This document shows positions 37,560 through 50,989 of a stretch of 64,000 bases of DNA, one piece after another. How positions within the stretch are numbered: position 1 is the first letter of the stretch; each line of letters starts with the position of its first letter. This DNA is from Eledone cirrhosa (Eukaryota). The notes beneath the pieces were generated by a model. It did no database searches and was not told the DNA's origin. It saw only the letters and a list, made by a program, of their open reading frames with translations. Location: the NCBI GenBank assembly GCA_964016885.1, contig OZ024764.1:4588001-4652000 (forward strand), given 5' to 3'. The position numbers and the translations under genes were made by a program.

Positions 37560-37887
37560 CCTGTGTCCCTCCGACATTCGCGGACCCGGTTATTCGCGAG
37601 ATTTTCCTTAAAACCTAACTAATTGTTCGTGGAAACTACCACATATTCGCGGAATCGTAAATATATTTTTATGTAAAAGTTTTTCGTTGCTTTTTTTTTT
37701 GTTGACAATATATACAATTTTTCACGCATTTTAACGCTAAATTATTAACGATATACCGTATTTCCCGGCCTATATTTTATATTGTTTTGAAGTTTATAGG
37801 CATTTTTAGGGACCACGTCCAATATTCGCGGTTTTTCATGTTCGTGAGTGTTCAAGTAACGTAACCCTCGCGAATACCGGGGAACAA

Positions 37888-37891
<4 letters not shown>
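37560..37891. mobile_element. Tigger/pogo-like MITE
   Basis: Repeated ttcgcg(g/a) subterminal motifs; right end cgcgaataccggggaacaaatg followed by TA. A related fragment lies at 13385-13465. Confidence 0.5.
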
Positions 37892-37935
<44 letters not shown>

Positions 37936-38246
37936 TAATGAATTGTAACTGTTTTAGTATAGAATGTGTTGTTGTACATTGATACTTCGTTGCTACTTAT
38001 ATATATATATATATATATATATATCCGGCTGAGGACATGCTGGGGGACTGCCCTTAATAGTATATAATTTTTATTTAATATGGAAAAAATATAAGGAAAA
38101 GGAATTGAAAATGGAACTAGAGTCTAAGAATATTTATTTACTTTACCAGTTTCATAGTTCTTATGATTATCAAAAGTAAAATTGAGATGTGTGTGTGAAT
38201 ATTATATGTATACAGACCCCACAGACACAATATTCTATTTATAATG

Positions 38247-38657
38247 TATTAGCAGTGGTACCCGGCGTTGCACGGGATAAGGTATTTTGGAAGGCAAGCC
38301 GCCAACAGACTTAATGCGGGCCCTAGGCCATAAAAATGGATTTTCTTTGCTCACGGTATGAAGAAGAGACTGACTAATACATAGTTACAATTTCAAGGAA
38401 ATCGGTCTGACGTAACGCCTCAAAAAACCCCTAAAAGGCTGAAAAAACTGCGCTTTTTCACCTAATTCCACTTTTTGATCCCCTAGGATCAAAAAGTGGA
38501 ATTTTTTAATGTGCATAACACTCCCTGAAACAAAAGTAATACACATGTAAAGTTTGAAAAAGATCGGTTGGGTACTTCTCGAGTTTTAGGGATTCAAACT
38601 CACACACACACACACACACACACAGACAGACATCTTCAGTTTTATATATATATAGAT
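38247..38657 (+). mobile_element. Helentron-associated (HINE/DINE-1-like) non-autonomous element
   Basis: 5' tattagcagtggtacccggcgttgcacggg hairpin; 3' aagtttgaaaaagatcggttg...(ca)n cagacagac...tatatatagat layout; internal hairpin at 38465-38503. Confidence 0.6.
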
Positions 38658-39040
38658 TGTAGGAGTGGGGTCCCTATCATTAAAAGTCCTGAAAAAGCAC
38701 CTATGAGATAGCTCAGACTTATGTAGGTTGAGCTGGCCTCCTACAAGGCTGTCTGTCTCTCATAGGAGGTTTCCTGGTTGTTGTAATGATAGGGACCCCA
38801 GTCCTATCATGAAAAACCTGAAATGAAGCAACTGGCTCAAGAATACAATGTGCTGCCTGACCTAAGGTTTGATCTTATGACCTTATGTTTATGAGCGCAG
38901 CACACTAACCATTGAACCTACACTACACCACCACCTCACACTACAACACCACCACCACACACTACTACACCACCATCACAATACACCACCACCACCATGC
39001 ACTACAACACCACCACGCACTACAACACCACCATTGCATA

Positions 39041-40279
39041 TATTCAGATAAATAATATCATATCTACCCCACCTCCAAACCTGGCCCTTTATAACCCCTA
39101 AAATCTCTATTTCAGATGTATCGCCATATCTACCCCACCTCCAAACCTGGCCCTTTATAACCCCTAAAATCTCTATTTCAGATGTATCGTCATATCTACC
39201 CCACCTCCAAACCTGGCCCTTTATAACCCCTAAAATCTCTATTTCAGATGTATCGTCATATCTACCCCCACCTCCAAACCTGGCCCTTTATAACCCCTAA
39301 AATCTCTATTTCAGATGTATCGCCATATCAACCCCACCTCCAAACCTGGCCCTTTATAACTCCTAAAATCTCTATTTCAGATGTATCGTCATATCTACCC
39401 CCACTTCCAAACCTGGCCCTTTATAACCCCTAAAATCTCTATTTCAGATGTATCGTCATATCTACCCCCACCTCCAAACCTGGCCCTTTATAACCCCTAA
39501 AATCTCTATTTCAGATGTATCGTCATATCTACCCCCACTTCCAAACCTGGCCCTTTATAACCCCTAAAATCTCTATTTCAGATGTATCGCCATATCTACC
39601 CCACCTCCAAACCTGGCCCTTTATAACCCCTAAAATCTCTATTTCAGATGTATTGTCATATCTACCCCCACCTCCAAACCTGGCCCTTTATAACCCCTAA
39701 AATCTTTATTTCAGATGTATCGCCATATCAACCCTACCTCCAAACCTGGCCCTTTATAACTCCTAAAATCTCTATTTCAGATGTATCGTCATATCTACCC
39801 CCACTTCCAAACCTGGCCCTTTATAACCCCTAAAATCTCTATTTCAGATGTATCATCATATCTACCCCCACCTCCAAACCTGGCCCTTTATGACCCCTAA
39901 AATCTCTATTTCAGATGTATCGTCATATCTACCCCCACTTCCAAACCTGGCCCTTTATAACCCCTAAAATCTCTATTTCAGATGTATCGTCATATCTACC
40001 CCCACTTCCAAACCTGGCCCTTTATAACCCCTAAAATCTCTATTTCAGATGTATCGCCATATCTACCCCACCTCCAAACCTGGCCCTTTATAACCCCTAA
40101 AATCTCTATTTCAGATGTATCGCCATATCTACCCCACCTCCAAACCTGGCCCTTTATAACCCCTAAAATCTCTATTTCAGATGTATCGTCATATCTACCC
40201 CCACTTCCAAACCTGGCCCTTTATAACCCCTAAAATCTCTATTTCAGATGTATCGCCATATCTACCTTACCTCCAAACA
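39041..40279 (+). repeat. 66/67-bp tandem repeat containing the AFG3L2 acceptor and exon start (18 copies of tttcag|ATGTA)
   Basis: The AG ends at 39115, 39181, 39247 ... 40114, 40180, 40247. Confidence 0.93.
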
Positions 40280-40434
40280 TGTAACTGCTCCACCACGAAC
40301 ATTGTGGTCCCTAATGAAGGACTGGCCTCTGCTACGCAACAGCAATGTACCAAAGGGTTTTGAGAAATACTTCCCTGGAGCTAAGAAGACCCCACCACCA
40401 AAAGAGGCCCCACCCAGTGGTGCCAAACCAAAAG
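40248..40434 (+). CDS. AFG3L2: AFG3-like protein 2 (m-AAA protease), first coding exon visible
   Basis: cag|ATG...AAAG|gtatac. Encodes MYRHIYLTSKHVTAPPRTLWSLMKDWPLLRNSNVPKGFEKYFPGAKK...; PKGFEKYFP is the conserved AFG3L2 N-terminal motif. The ATG may be the start or an internal Met. Confidence 0.85.
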
Positions 40435-40536
40435 GTATACTTTTCTCTCTCTCTCTCTCTCTCTCCCTATTTAATCCACAAACTCCCTTTATTTCATGTT
40501 TTTTCAAGGTTTGATATTTTCTATCCTTTTCATATT

Positions 40537-40995
40537 TGTCACCCTGTCACCTCCTGTGTTTAGATCAGTGTTTATATCTCTCCAGCCCAAATAACGTTGG
40601 GTGTGTCTGAAAGGGCTGAAGATGGGAACTTTCCTCTACGGTGACCCTCACTGTCACCCTGTCACCTCCTGTGTTTAGATCAGTGTTTATATCTCTCCAG
40701 TCCAAATAACGTTGGGTGTGTCTGAAAGGACTGAAGATGGGAACTTTCCTCTACGGTGACCCTCACTGTCACCCTGTCACCTCCTGTGTTTAGATCAGTG
40801 TTTATATCTCTCCAGCCCAAATAACGTTGGGTGTGTCTGAAAGGACTGAAGATGGGAACTTTCCTCTACGGTGACCCTCACTGTCACCCTGTCACCTCCT
40901 GTGTTGGGATAAGTGTTTATATCTCTCCAGCCCAAATAACGTTGGCCGTGTGTCTGAAAGGGCTGAAGATGGGAACTTTCCTCTACGGTGACCCT
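40537..40995. repeat. ~115-bp tandem repeat, 4 copies, spanning an intron/LINE junction
   Basis: tgtcaccctgtcacctcctgtgtt...ctgaaagggctgaagatgggaactttcctctacggtgaccctc. Confidence 0.88.
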
Positions 40996-42728
40996 CTCAT
41001 TAACTTCTTCACATTTCAGAGGGAAGAGGAAATTCGGTTAGAAGGAATCGCTGCCTTCAAAGCAATTTGTTGAAAGGAGAGGAGTCGAGAATGGCCCAAG
41101 TGAATGGGCCCGCTCTGAATATATACCTGTAGATTGAAGGAGGGCACCCGAGAGAGGGCATGTGCTCTGGCGGTCCAGGTGATGGTGGCTTTTGTGTAAC
41201 CCTCAGAAGTCTCCCTCAATATTGGGCGGCAATTTTCTTTTGTTTCTTATTACATCCTTTGTTTTTGTTTTATGTTCATTTTTACACACAGAAACCCACA
41301 TTGTACTGTCTCGTACTGGCCTATACCCTCCTCTGCCATCCTATACCATCCTCTGCCCTCCTCTACCATCCTCTACCCTCCTCTACCATCCTCTACCCTC
41401 CTCTACCATCCTCTACCATCCTCTGCCATCCTATACCATCCTCTGCCCTCTTCTGCCATCCTCTACCATCCTGTACCCTCCTCTACCATCCTCTGCCATC
41501 CTATACCATCCTCTGCCCTCTTCTGCCCTCCTCTACCATCCTCTACCCTCTTCTGCCATCCTCTGCGATCCTGTACCCTCCTCTACCATCCTCTACCCTC
41601 CTCTACCATCCTCTGCCAACCTCTGCCCTCCTCTACCATCCTCTACCCCCCTCTACCATCCTCTGCCCTCCTCTACCATCCTCTGCCCTCCTCTACCATC
41701 CTCTGCCAACCTCTGCGCTCCTCTACCATCCTCTGCCAACCTCTGCCCTCCTCTGCCAACCTCTGCCTTCCTCTACCATCCTTTACCCTCCTCTACCATC
41801 CTCTGCCATCCTCTGCACTCCTCTACCCTCCTCTACCATCCTCTGCCCTCCTCTACCATCCTCTGCCCTCCTCTACCGTCCTCTGCCCTCCTCTGCCCTC
41901 CTCTATCATCCTCTGCCCTCCTCTATCATCCTCTGCCGTCCTCTACCATCCTCTGCCAACCTCTGCCTTCCTCTACCATCCTTTACCCTCCTCTACCATC
42001 CTCTGCCATCCTCTGCACTCCTCTACCCTCCTCTACCATCCTCTGCCCTCCTCTGCACTCCTCTGCCCTCCTCTACCGTCCTGTACCATCCTCTGCCCTC
42101 CTCTATCATCCTCTGCCGTCCTCTACCATCCTCTGCCTTCCTCTACCATCCTCTGCCTTCCTCTACCATCCTCTACCGTCCTGTGCTGTCCTCTACCATC
42201 CTCTGCCCTCCTCTACCATCCTCTGCCCTCCTCTACCATCCTCTACCCTCCTCTGCCTTCCTCTACCCTCCTCTACCGTCCTCTACCGTCCTCTACCATC
42301 CTCTACCCTCCTCTACCGTCCTCTACCCTCCTCTACCATCCTCTACCCTCCTCTACCTTCCTCTACCGTCCTCTACCGTCCTCTACCATCCTCTACCCTC
42401 CTCTACCCTCCTCTACCGTCCTCTACCCTCCTCTACCTTCCTCTACCATCCTCTACCGCCCTCTACCGTCCTCTACTATCCTCTGCCCTCCTCTACCATC
42501 CTCTGCTGTCATCTACCGTCCTCTACCATCCTCTGCCATCCTCTACCATCCTCTGCCGTCCTCTACCATCCTCTACCGTCCTCTGCCGTCCTCTACCATC
42601 CTCTACCATCCTCTGCCTTCCTCTGCCTTCCTCTACCATCCTCTGCCTTCCTCTACCGCCCTCTGCCCTCCTCTTCTATCTTGTGCTGTCCTTAATGTAT
42701 TTTATGTAAACCCTTTGTGGTAAATAAA
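40945..42728 (+). mobile_element. probable Tx1/L1-clade LINE 3' end, with a 10-bp repeat expansion in its 3' UTR
   Basis: Frameshifted CLKGLKMGTFLYGDPLINFFTF..KRKIRLERNRLPSKQFVER..RMAQVNGPALNIYL*, then a T-rich UTR that resumes after the 10-mer array and ends in aataaa. The family assignment is by recollection only. Confidence 0.55.
41320..42678. repeat. 10-bp repeat (ctctaccatc/ctctgccctc)
   Basis: Seen directly, with strict 10-nt register. Confidence 0.95.
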
Positions 42729-42945
42729 GTACCAGTAATACACTGGGTTATTGCTGGCCTTGTGCCAAAAGTAGAAACAATTATTATTATTAGGAGGTGG
42801 ATTGGTAGAGTGTCAGCCCTTACAGGGTCGATAAAATATAGAACCAGTAATGCACTGGGGTCCATTTAGTCGGCTTTCTCCTCCCTCAAAATTGCTGGCC
42901 TTGTACCTATAGAAATTCTTCTTTTTCTTTTTATCAATGTTATAG

Positions 42946-43024
42946 AGGGCCGAAAGTTACCCCCACCTCCCTTCAAACCATCCGGTGGGGACAAGAAGAT
43001 GGAGTTTTCATTCAGCTTCAACAA
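42946..43024 (+). CDS. AFG3L2: AFG3L2 exon
   Basis: Polypyrimidine tract then tag|AGGGCC...AACAA|gtaagt, 79 nt, phase 1 to 2, which links the flanking exons in frame. Encodes (E)GRKLPPPPFKPSGGDKKMEFSFSFN(K). Confidence 0.8.
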
Positions 43025-43276
43025 GTAAGTCAGTCTTTCCTATATATTTCATCATCACCATCATCATCATCACCAATAGCACTACCCCTACCACTATCAA
43101 CACTACCCCTAACACCATCACAACCGCTACCACTATATACACTACCCCTACCACTATCAACACTACCCCTACCACTATCAACACTACCCCTAACACAACC
43201 CCTATCACTAACAACACTACCCCTAACACAACCCCTATCACTATCAACACTACCCCTAACACCATCACAACCCCTA

Positions 43277-44720
43277 CCACTTTACAGTGTGGACTGGGTA
43301 CTATTTGTTGTGACACCTACATGACCACTTTACAGTATGGACTGGGTCCTATTTGTTGTGACACCTACATGACCACTTTACAGTGTGGACTGGGTACTAT
43401 TTGTTGTGACACCTACATGACCACTTTACAGTATGGACTGGGTCCTATTTGTTGTGACACCTACATGACCACTTTACAGTGTAGACTGGGTACTTTTTGT
43501 TGTGACACCTACATGACCACTTTACAGTGTAGACTGGGTACTTTTTGTTGTGACACCTCCATGACCACTTTACAGTGTAGACTGGGTACTTTTTGTTGTG
43601 ACACCTCCATGACCACTTTACAGTGTGGTCTGGGTACTTCTTGTGATACCTACATGACCACTTTACAGTGTGGACTGGGTACTATTTGTTGTGACACCTA
43701 CATGACCACTTTACAGGGTGGACTAGGTACTTTTTGTTGTAACACCTACATGACCACTTTACAGTGTGGACTGGGTACTATTTGTTGTGACACCTACATG
43801 ACCACTTTACAGTGTGGACTGGGTACTATTTGTTGTGACACCTACATGACCACTTTACAGTGTGGACTGGGTCCTATTTGTTGTGACACCTACATGACCA
43901 CTTTACAGTGTGGACTGGGTACTATTTGTTGTGACACCTACATGACCACTTTACAGTGTGGACTGGGTCCTATTTGTTGTGACACCTACATGACCACTTT
44001 ACAGTGTGGACTGGGTCCTATTTGTTGTGACACCTACATGACCACTTTACAGTGTGGACTGGGTACTATTTGTTGTGACACCTACATGACCACTTTACAG
44101 TGTGGACTGGGTACTATTTGTTGTGACACCTACATGACCACTTTACAGTGTGGACTGGGTCCTATTTGTTGTGACACCTACATGACCACTTTACAGTGTG
44201 GACTGGGTCCTATTTGTTGTGACACCTACATGACCACTTTACAGTGTGGACTGGGTCCTATTTGTTGTGACACCTACATGACCACTTTACAGTGTGGACT
44301 GGGTACTATTTGTTGTGACACCTACATGACCACTTTACAGTGTGGACTGGGTACTATTTGTTGTGACACCTACATGACCACTTTACAGTGTGGACTGGGT
44401 ATTTTTTGTTGTGACACCTACATGACCACTTTACAGTGTAGACTGGGTACTTTGTGTTGTGACACCTACATGACCACTTTACAGTGTGTACTGGGTACTA
44501 TTTGTTGTGACACCTACATGACCACTTTACAGTGTGGACTGGGTACCTTTTGTTGTGACACCTACATGACCACTTTACAGTGTGGACTGGGTACCTTTTG
44601 TTGTGACACCTACATGACCACTTTACAGTGTGGACTGGGTACTTTTTGTTGTGACACCTACATGACCACTTTACAGTGTGGACTGGGTACTTTTTGTTGT
44701 GACACCTACATAACCACTTT
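43277..44720. repeat. 48-bp minisatellite, ~30 copies (same unit as 8654-9428)
   Basis: accactttacagtgtggactgggtactatttgttgtgacacctacatg. Confidence 0.93.
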
Positions 44721-44916
44721 GTTTATTCAATTTAAAGGTCCATATAGAGCTAGTAAGCCATGACAGACTCTGGGAAGTATTGAGTAGTCCTTTCAGTTGG
44801 TAATCAAAAAGAGTTAGTGAGATAAACAAAAAAAAAGAAGAAAAAAAACAACTAAAAACTAAAATTTAAGAAGAAAAGGGGAAATATATATATATATATA
44901 TATACATATATATATA

Positions 44917-45192
44917 ATCATCATCAGCATCATTTTACGTCCCTTGTCCCTGCTTGCATGGGTTAGATGGGTCCTATTCAGCACAGCATCTCTCCACTTG
45001 TCACGGTCCTTCGTCATCTTCTCTGTGAGCTTTAGCGATCTGAGGTCTGCGCTCACCACCTCCGCCCATGTTTTTTGTGGTCTTCCTCTACTGCGTCTTC
45101 TTTCTACTGGGACTTCTTGGCACTTCTTTACCCAGCGGTCATCCTCCATGCGCATCACATGTCCATACCAACACAGTCGTCTCTCCCGCACC
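44917..45192 (-). mobile_element. RTE LINE 3' fragment
   Basis: VRERRLCWYGHVMRMEDDRWVKKCQEVPVERRRSRGRPQKTWAEVVSADL...DRDKWR followed by a (GAT)n tail. Confidence 0.88.
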
Positions 45193-48100
45193 TGTCTTAA
45201 TCCAAACACCCCTCCGCTTAATCCAACCTTACCTTGCACCTGTCTTAATCCAAACACCCCTCCGCTTAATCCAACCTCCCCCTGCACCTGTCTTAATCCA
45301 AACACCCCTCCGCTTAATCCAACCTTACCTTGCACCTGTCTTAATCCAAACACCCCTCCGCTTAATCCAACCTCCCCCTGCACCTGTCTTAATCCAAACA
45401 CTCCTCCGCTTAATCTAACCTCCCCCTGCACCTGTCTTAATCCAAACACCCCTCCGCTTAATCCAACCTCACCTGCACCTGTCTTAATCCAAACACCCCT
45501 CCGCTTAATCCAACCTGACCTGCACCTGTCTTAATCCAAACACTCCTCCGCTTAATCTAACCTCCCCCTGCACCTGTCTTAATCCAAACACCCCTCCGCT
45601 TAATCCAACCTCCCCCTGCACCTGTCTTAATCCAAACACCCCTCCGCTTAATCCAACCTGACCTGCACCTGTCTTAATCCAAACACTCCTCCGCTTAATC
45701 CAACCTCCCCCTGCACCTGTCTTAATCCAAACACCCCTCCGCTTAATCCAACCTCCCCCTGCACCTGTCTTAATCCAAACACTCCTCCGCTTAATCCAAC
45801 CTGACCTGCACCTGTCTTAATCCAAACACCCCTCCGCTTAATCCAACCTCCCCCTGCACCTGTCTTAATCCAAACACCCCTCCGCTTAATCCAACCTCAC
45901 CTGCACCTGTCTTAATCCAAACACCCCTCCGCTTAATCCAACCTCACCTGCACCTGTCTTAATCCAAACACCCCTCCGCTTAATCCAACCTCACCTGCAC
46001 CTGTCTTAATCCAAACACCCCTCCGCTTAATCCAACCTCCCCCTGCACCTGTCTTAATCCAAACACTCCTCCGCTTAATCCAACCTCACCTGCACCTGTC
46101 TTAATCCAAACACCCCTCCGCTTAATCCAACCTCCCCCTGCACCTGTCTTAATCCAAACACCCCTCCGCTTAATCCAACCTCCCCCTGCACCTGTCTTAA
46201 TCCAAACACCCCTCCGCTTAATCCAACCTCCCCCTGCACCTGTCTTAATCCAAACACCCCTCCGCTTAATCCAACCTCCCCCTGCACCTGTCTTAATCCA
46301 AACACCCCTCCGCTTAATCCAACCTCACCTGCACCTGTCTTAATCCAAACACCCCTCCGCTTAATCCAACCTCACCTGCACCTGTCTTAATCCAAACACT
46401 CCTCCGCTTAATCCAACCTCACCTGCACCTGTCTTAATCCAAACACCCCTCCGCTTAATCCAACCTCCCCCTGCACCTGTCTTAATCCAAACACCCCTCC
46501 GCTTAATCCAACCTCCCCCTGCACCTGTCTTAATCCAAACACCCCTCCGCTTAATCCAACCTCCCCCTGCACCTGTCTTAATCCAAACACCCCTCCGCTT
46601 AATCCAACCTTACCTTGCACCTGTCTTAATCCAAACACCCCTCCGCTTAATCCAACCTCACCTGCACCTGTCTTAATCCAAACACCCCTCCGCTTAATCC
46701 AACCTCCCCCTGCACCTGTCTTAATCCAAACACTCCTCCGCTTAATCCAACCTGACCTGCACCTGTCTTAATCCAAACACCCCTCCGCTTAATCCAACCT
46801 CCCCCTGCACCTGTCTTAATCCAAACACCCCTCCGCTTAATCCAACCTGACCTGCACCTGTCTTAATCCAAACACCCCTCCGCTTAATCCAACCTTACCT
46901 TGCACCTGTCTTAATCCAAACACCCCTCCGCTTAATCCAACCTTACCTTGCACCTGTCTTAATCCAAACACCCCTCCGCTTAATCCAACCTCACCTGCAC
47001 CTGTCTTAATCCAAACACCCCTCCGCTTAATCCAACCTCCCCCTGCACCTGTCTTAATCCAAACACCCCTCCGCTTAATCCAACCTGACCTGCACCTGTC
47101 TTAATCCAAACACCCCTCCGCTTAATCCAACCTCCCCCTGCACCTGTCTTAATCCAAACACCCCTCCGCTTAATCCAACCTCCCCCTGCACCTGTCTTAA
47201 TCCAAACACTCCTCCGCTTAATCCAACCTGACCTGCACCTGTCTTAATCCAAACACTCCTCCGCTTAATCTAACCTTACCCTGCACCTGTCTTAATCCAA
47301 ACACCCCTCCGCTTAATCCAACCTGACCTGCACCTGTCTTAATCCAAACACTCCTCCGCTTAATCCAACCTCCCCCTGCACCTGTCTTAATCCAAACACC
47401 CCTCCGCTAAATCCAACCTTACCCTGCACCTGTCTTAATCCAAACACCCCTCCGCTTAATCCAACCTCCCCCTGCACCTGTCTTAATCCAAACACTCCTC
47501 CGCTTAATCCAACCTTACCCTGCACCTGTCTTAATCCAAACACCCCTCCGCTTAATCCAACCTCCCCCTGCACCTGTCTTAATCCAAACACCCCTCCGCT
47601 TAATCTAACCTCCCCCTGCACCTGTCTTAATCCAAACACCCCTCCGCTTAATCCAACCTGACCTGCACCTGTCTTAATCCAAACACCCCTCCGCTTAATC
47701 CAACCTCCCCCTGCACCTGTCTTAATCCAAACACCCCTCCGCTTAATCCAACCTCACCTGCACCTGTCTTAATCCAAACACCCCTCCGCTTAATCCAACC
47801 TGACCTGCACCTGTCTTAATCCAAACACCCCTCCGCTTAATCCAACCTCCCCCTGCACCTGTCTTAATCCAAACACCCCTCCGCTTAATCCAACCTCCCC
47901 CTGCACCTGTCTTAATCCAAACACTCCTCCGCTTAATCCAACCTTACCCTGCACCTGTCTTAATCCAAACACCCCTCCGCTTAATCCAACCTCCCCCTGC
48001 ACCTGTCTTAATCCAAACACCCCTCCGCTTAATCTAACCTCCCCCTGCACCTGTCTTAATCCAAACACTCCTCCGCTTAATCCAACCTGACCTGCACCTG

Positions 48101-50643
48101 TCTTAATCCAAACACCCCTCCGCTTAATCCAACCTCCCCCTGCACCTGTCTTAATCCAAACACCCCTCCGCTAAATCCAACCTTACCCTGCACCTGTCTT
48201 AATCCAAACACCCCTCCGCTTAATCCAACCTCCCCCTGCACCTGTCTTAATCCAAACACCCCTCCGCTTAATCCAACCTGACCTGCACCTGTCTTAATCC
48301 AAACACCCCTCCGCTTAATCTAACCTTACCCTGCACCTGTCTTAATCCAAACACCCCTCCGCTTAATCCAACCTCCCCCTGCACCTGTCTTAATCCAAAC
48401 ACTCCTCCGCTTAATCCAACCTGACCTGCACCTGTCTTAATCCAAACACCCCTCCGCTTAATCCAACCTCCCCCTGCACCTGTCTTAATCCAAACACCCC
48501 TCCGCTTAATCCAACCTGACCTGCACCTGTCTTAATCCAAACACCCCTCCGCTTAATCTAACCTTACCCTGCACCTGTCTTAATCCAAACACCCCTCCGC
48601 TTAATCCAACCTGACCTGCACCTGTCTTAATCCAAACACCCCTCCGCTTAATCCAACCTGACCTGCACCTGTCTTAATCCAAACACCCCTCCGCTTAATC
48701 CAACCTCCCCCTGCACCTGTCTTAATCCAAACACCCCTCCGCTTAATCCAACCTGACCTGCACCTGTCTTAATCCAAACACCCCTCCGCTTAATCCAACC
48801 TCCCCCTGCACCTGTCTTAATCCAAACACCCCTCCGCTTAATCCAACCTGACCTGCACCTGTCTTAATCCAAACACCCCTCCGCTTAATCCAACCTGACC
48901 TGCACCTGTCTTAATCCAAACACCCCTCCGCTTAATCCAACCTCCCCCTGCACCTGTCTTAATCCAAACACCCCTCCGCTTAATCCAACCTCACCTGCAC
49001 CTGTCTTAATCCAAACACCCCTCCGCTTAATCCAACCTGACCTGCACCTGTCTTAATCCAAACACCCCTCCGCTTAATCCAACCTGACCTGCACCTGTCT
49101 TAATCCAAACACCCCTCCGCTTAATCCAACCTCCCCCTGCACCTGTCTTAATCCAAACACCCCTCCGCTTAATCCAACCTGACCTGCACCTGTCTTAATC
49201 CAAACACCCCTCCGCTTAATCCAACCTTACCTTGCACCTGTCTTAATCCAAACACCCCTCCGCTTAATCCAACCTCCCCCTGCACCTGTCTTAATCCAAA
49301 CACTCCTCCGCTTAATCCAACCTGACCTGCACCTGTCTTAATCCAAACACCCCTCCGCTTAATCCAACCTCCCCCTGCACCTGTCTTAATCCAAACACCC
49401 CTCCGCTTAATCCAACCTCCCCCTGCACCTGTCTTAATCCAAACACTCCTCCGCTTAATCCAACCTGACCTGCACCTGTCTTAATCCAAACACCCCTCCG
49501 CTTAATCCAACCTTACCCTGCACCTGTCTTAATCCAAACACCCCTCCGCTTAATCCAACCTCCCCCTGCACCTGTCTTAATCCAAACACTCCTCCGCTTA
49601 ATCCAACCTGACCTGCACCTGTCTTAATCCAAACACCCCTCCGCTTAATCCAACCTTACCTTGCACCTGTCTTAATCCAAACACTCCTCCGCTTAATCCA
49701 ACCTCACCTGCACCTGTCTTAATCCAAACACCCCTCCGCTTAATCCAACCTTACCTTGCACCTGTCTTAATCCAAACACCCCTCCGCTTAATCCAACCTC
49801 CCCCTGCACCTGTCTTAATCCAAACACCCCTCCGCTTAATCCAACCTTACCTTGCACCTGTCTTAATCCAAACACCCCTCCGCTTAATCCAACCTTACCC
49901 TGCACCTGTCTTAATCCAAACACCCCTCCGCTTAATCCAACCTTACCTTGCACCTGTCTTAATCCAAACACCCCTCCGCTTAATCCAACCTCCCCCTGCA
50001 CCTGTCTTAATCCAAACACTCCTCCGCTTAATCCAACCTGACCTGCACCTGTCTTAATCCAAACACCCCTCCGCTTAATCCAACCTCCCCCTGCACCTGT
50101 CTTAATCCAAACACCCCTCCGCTTAATCCAACCTCCCCCTGCACCTGTCTTAATCCAAACACTCCTCCGCTTAATCCAACCTTACCCTGCACCTGTCTTA
50201 ATCCAAACACCCCTCCGCTTAATCCAACCTTACCTTGCACCTGTCTTAATCCAAACACCCCTCCGCTTAATCCAACCTTACCCTGCACCTGTCTTAATCC
50301 AAACACCCCTCCGCTTAATCCAACCTCCCCCTGCACCTGTCTTAATCCAAACACCCCTCCGCTTAATCCAACCTCCCCCTGCACCTGTCTTAATCCAAAC
50401 ACCCCTCCGCTTAATCCAACCTCCCCTGCACCTGTCTTAATCCAAACACTCCTCCGCTTAATCCAACCTCCCCCTGCACCTGTCTTAATCCAAACACCCC
50501 TCCGCTTAATCCAACCTTACCCTGCACCTGTCTTAATCCAAACACCCCTCCGCTTAATCCAACCTCCCCCTGCACCTGTCTTAATCCAAACACCCCTCCG
50601 CTTAATCCAACCTCCCCCTGCACCTGTCTTAATCCAAACACCC
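45188..50643. repeat. 47/48-bp minisatellite, ~114 copies
   Basis: gcacctgtcttaatccaaacacccctccgcttaatccaacctccccct, with an internal cttaatccaa duplication. It begins exactly at the 5' truncation point of the RTE fragment. Confidence 0.95.
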
Positions 50644-50723
50644 TATCATATGTGACCCCAAAGTAGTTTAACAGTTGATAAAGTTTGAAGAGAGTCTAAC
50701 TCTACCTTTTCTCTGGTTTCCAG

Positions 50724-50886
50724 AAGCAACCGTGGCCCCTTTATGGATCCTAATGACCCAAACAGTCGTATCCTGCTGGGAGTGTTGACTGGAGTGGGTC
50801 TGGTCAGTTTAGTGGGTCTTTACCAGACGCAGTACAGAGAGATCACCTGGAAGGAGTTCCTGTCTCAGCATCTAACACGAAATACG
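50724..50886 (+). CDS. AFG3L2: AFG3L2 exon (TM1 and start of the intermembrane domain)
   Basis: cag|AAGCAAC...AATACG|gtgagt, phase 2 to 0. Encodes SNRGPFMDPNDPNSRILLGVLTGVGLVSLVGLYQTQYREITWKEFLSQHLTRNT, including the REITWKEF motif. Confidence 0.93.
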
Positions 50887-50989
50887 GTGAGTACGATGGG
50901 GCGGGGCTGGCGTGGTGTTGTGGGGTGGGGCTGGCACGGTGCTGGAGGGGGCGGGTGAAGGAGGGTGGCATGGTGTTGGGTGTGGTGTT

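Noticed and set aside
42985-44763. Cys-rich 592-aa ORF (TTLQCGLGTICCDTYM)n resembling a metallothionein or keratin-associated protein
   Set aside because: It is a 48-bp SINE-derived repeat in an AFG3L2 intron, and the same unit occurs elsewhere in both orientations.
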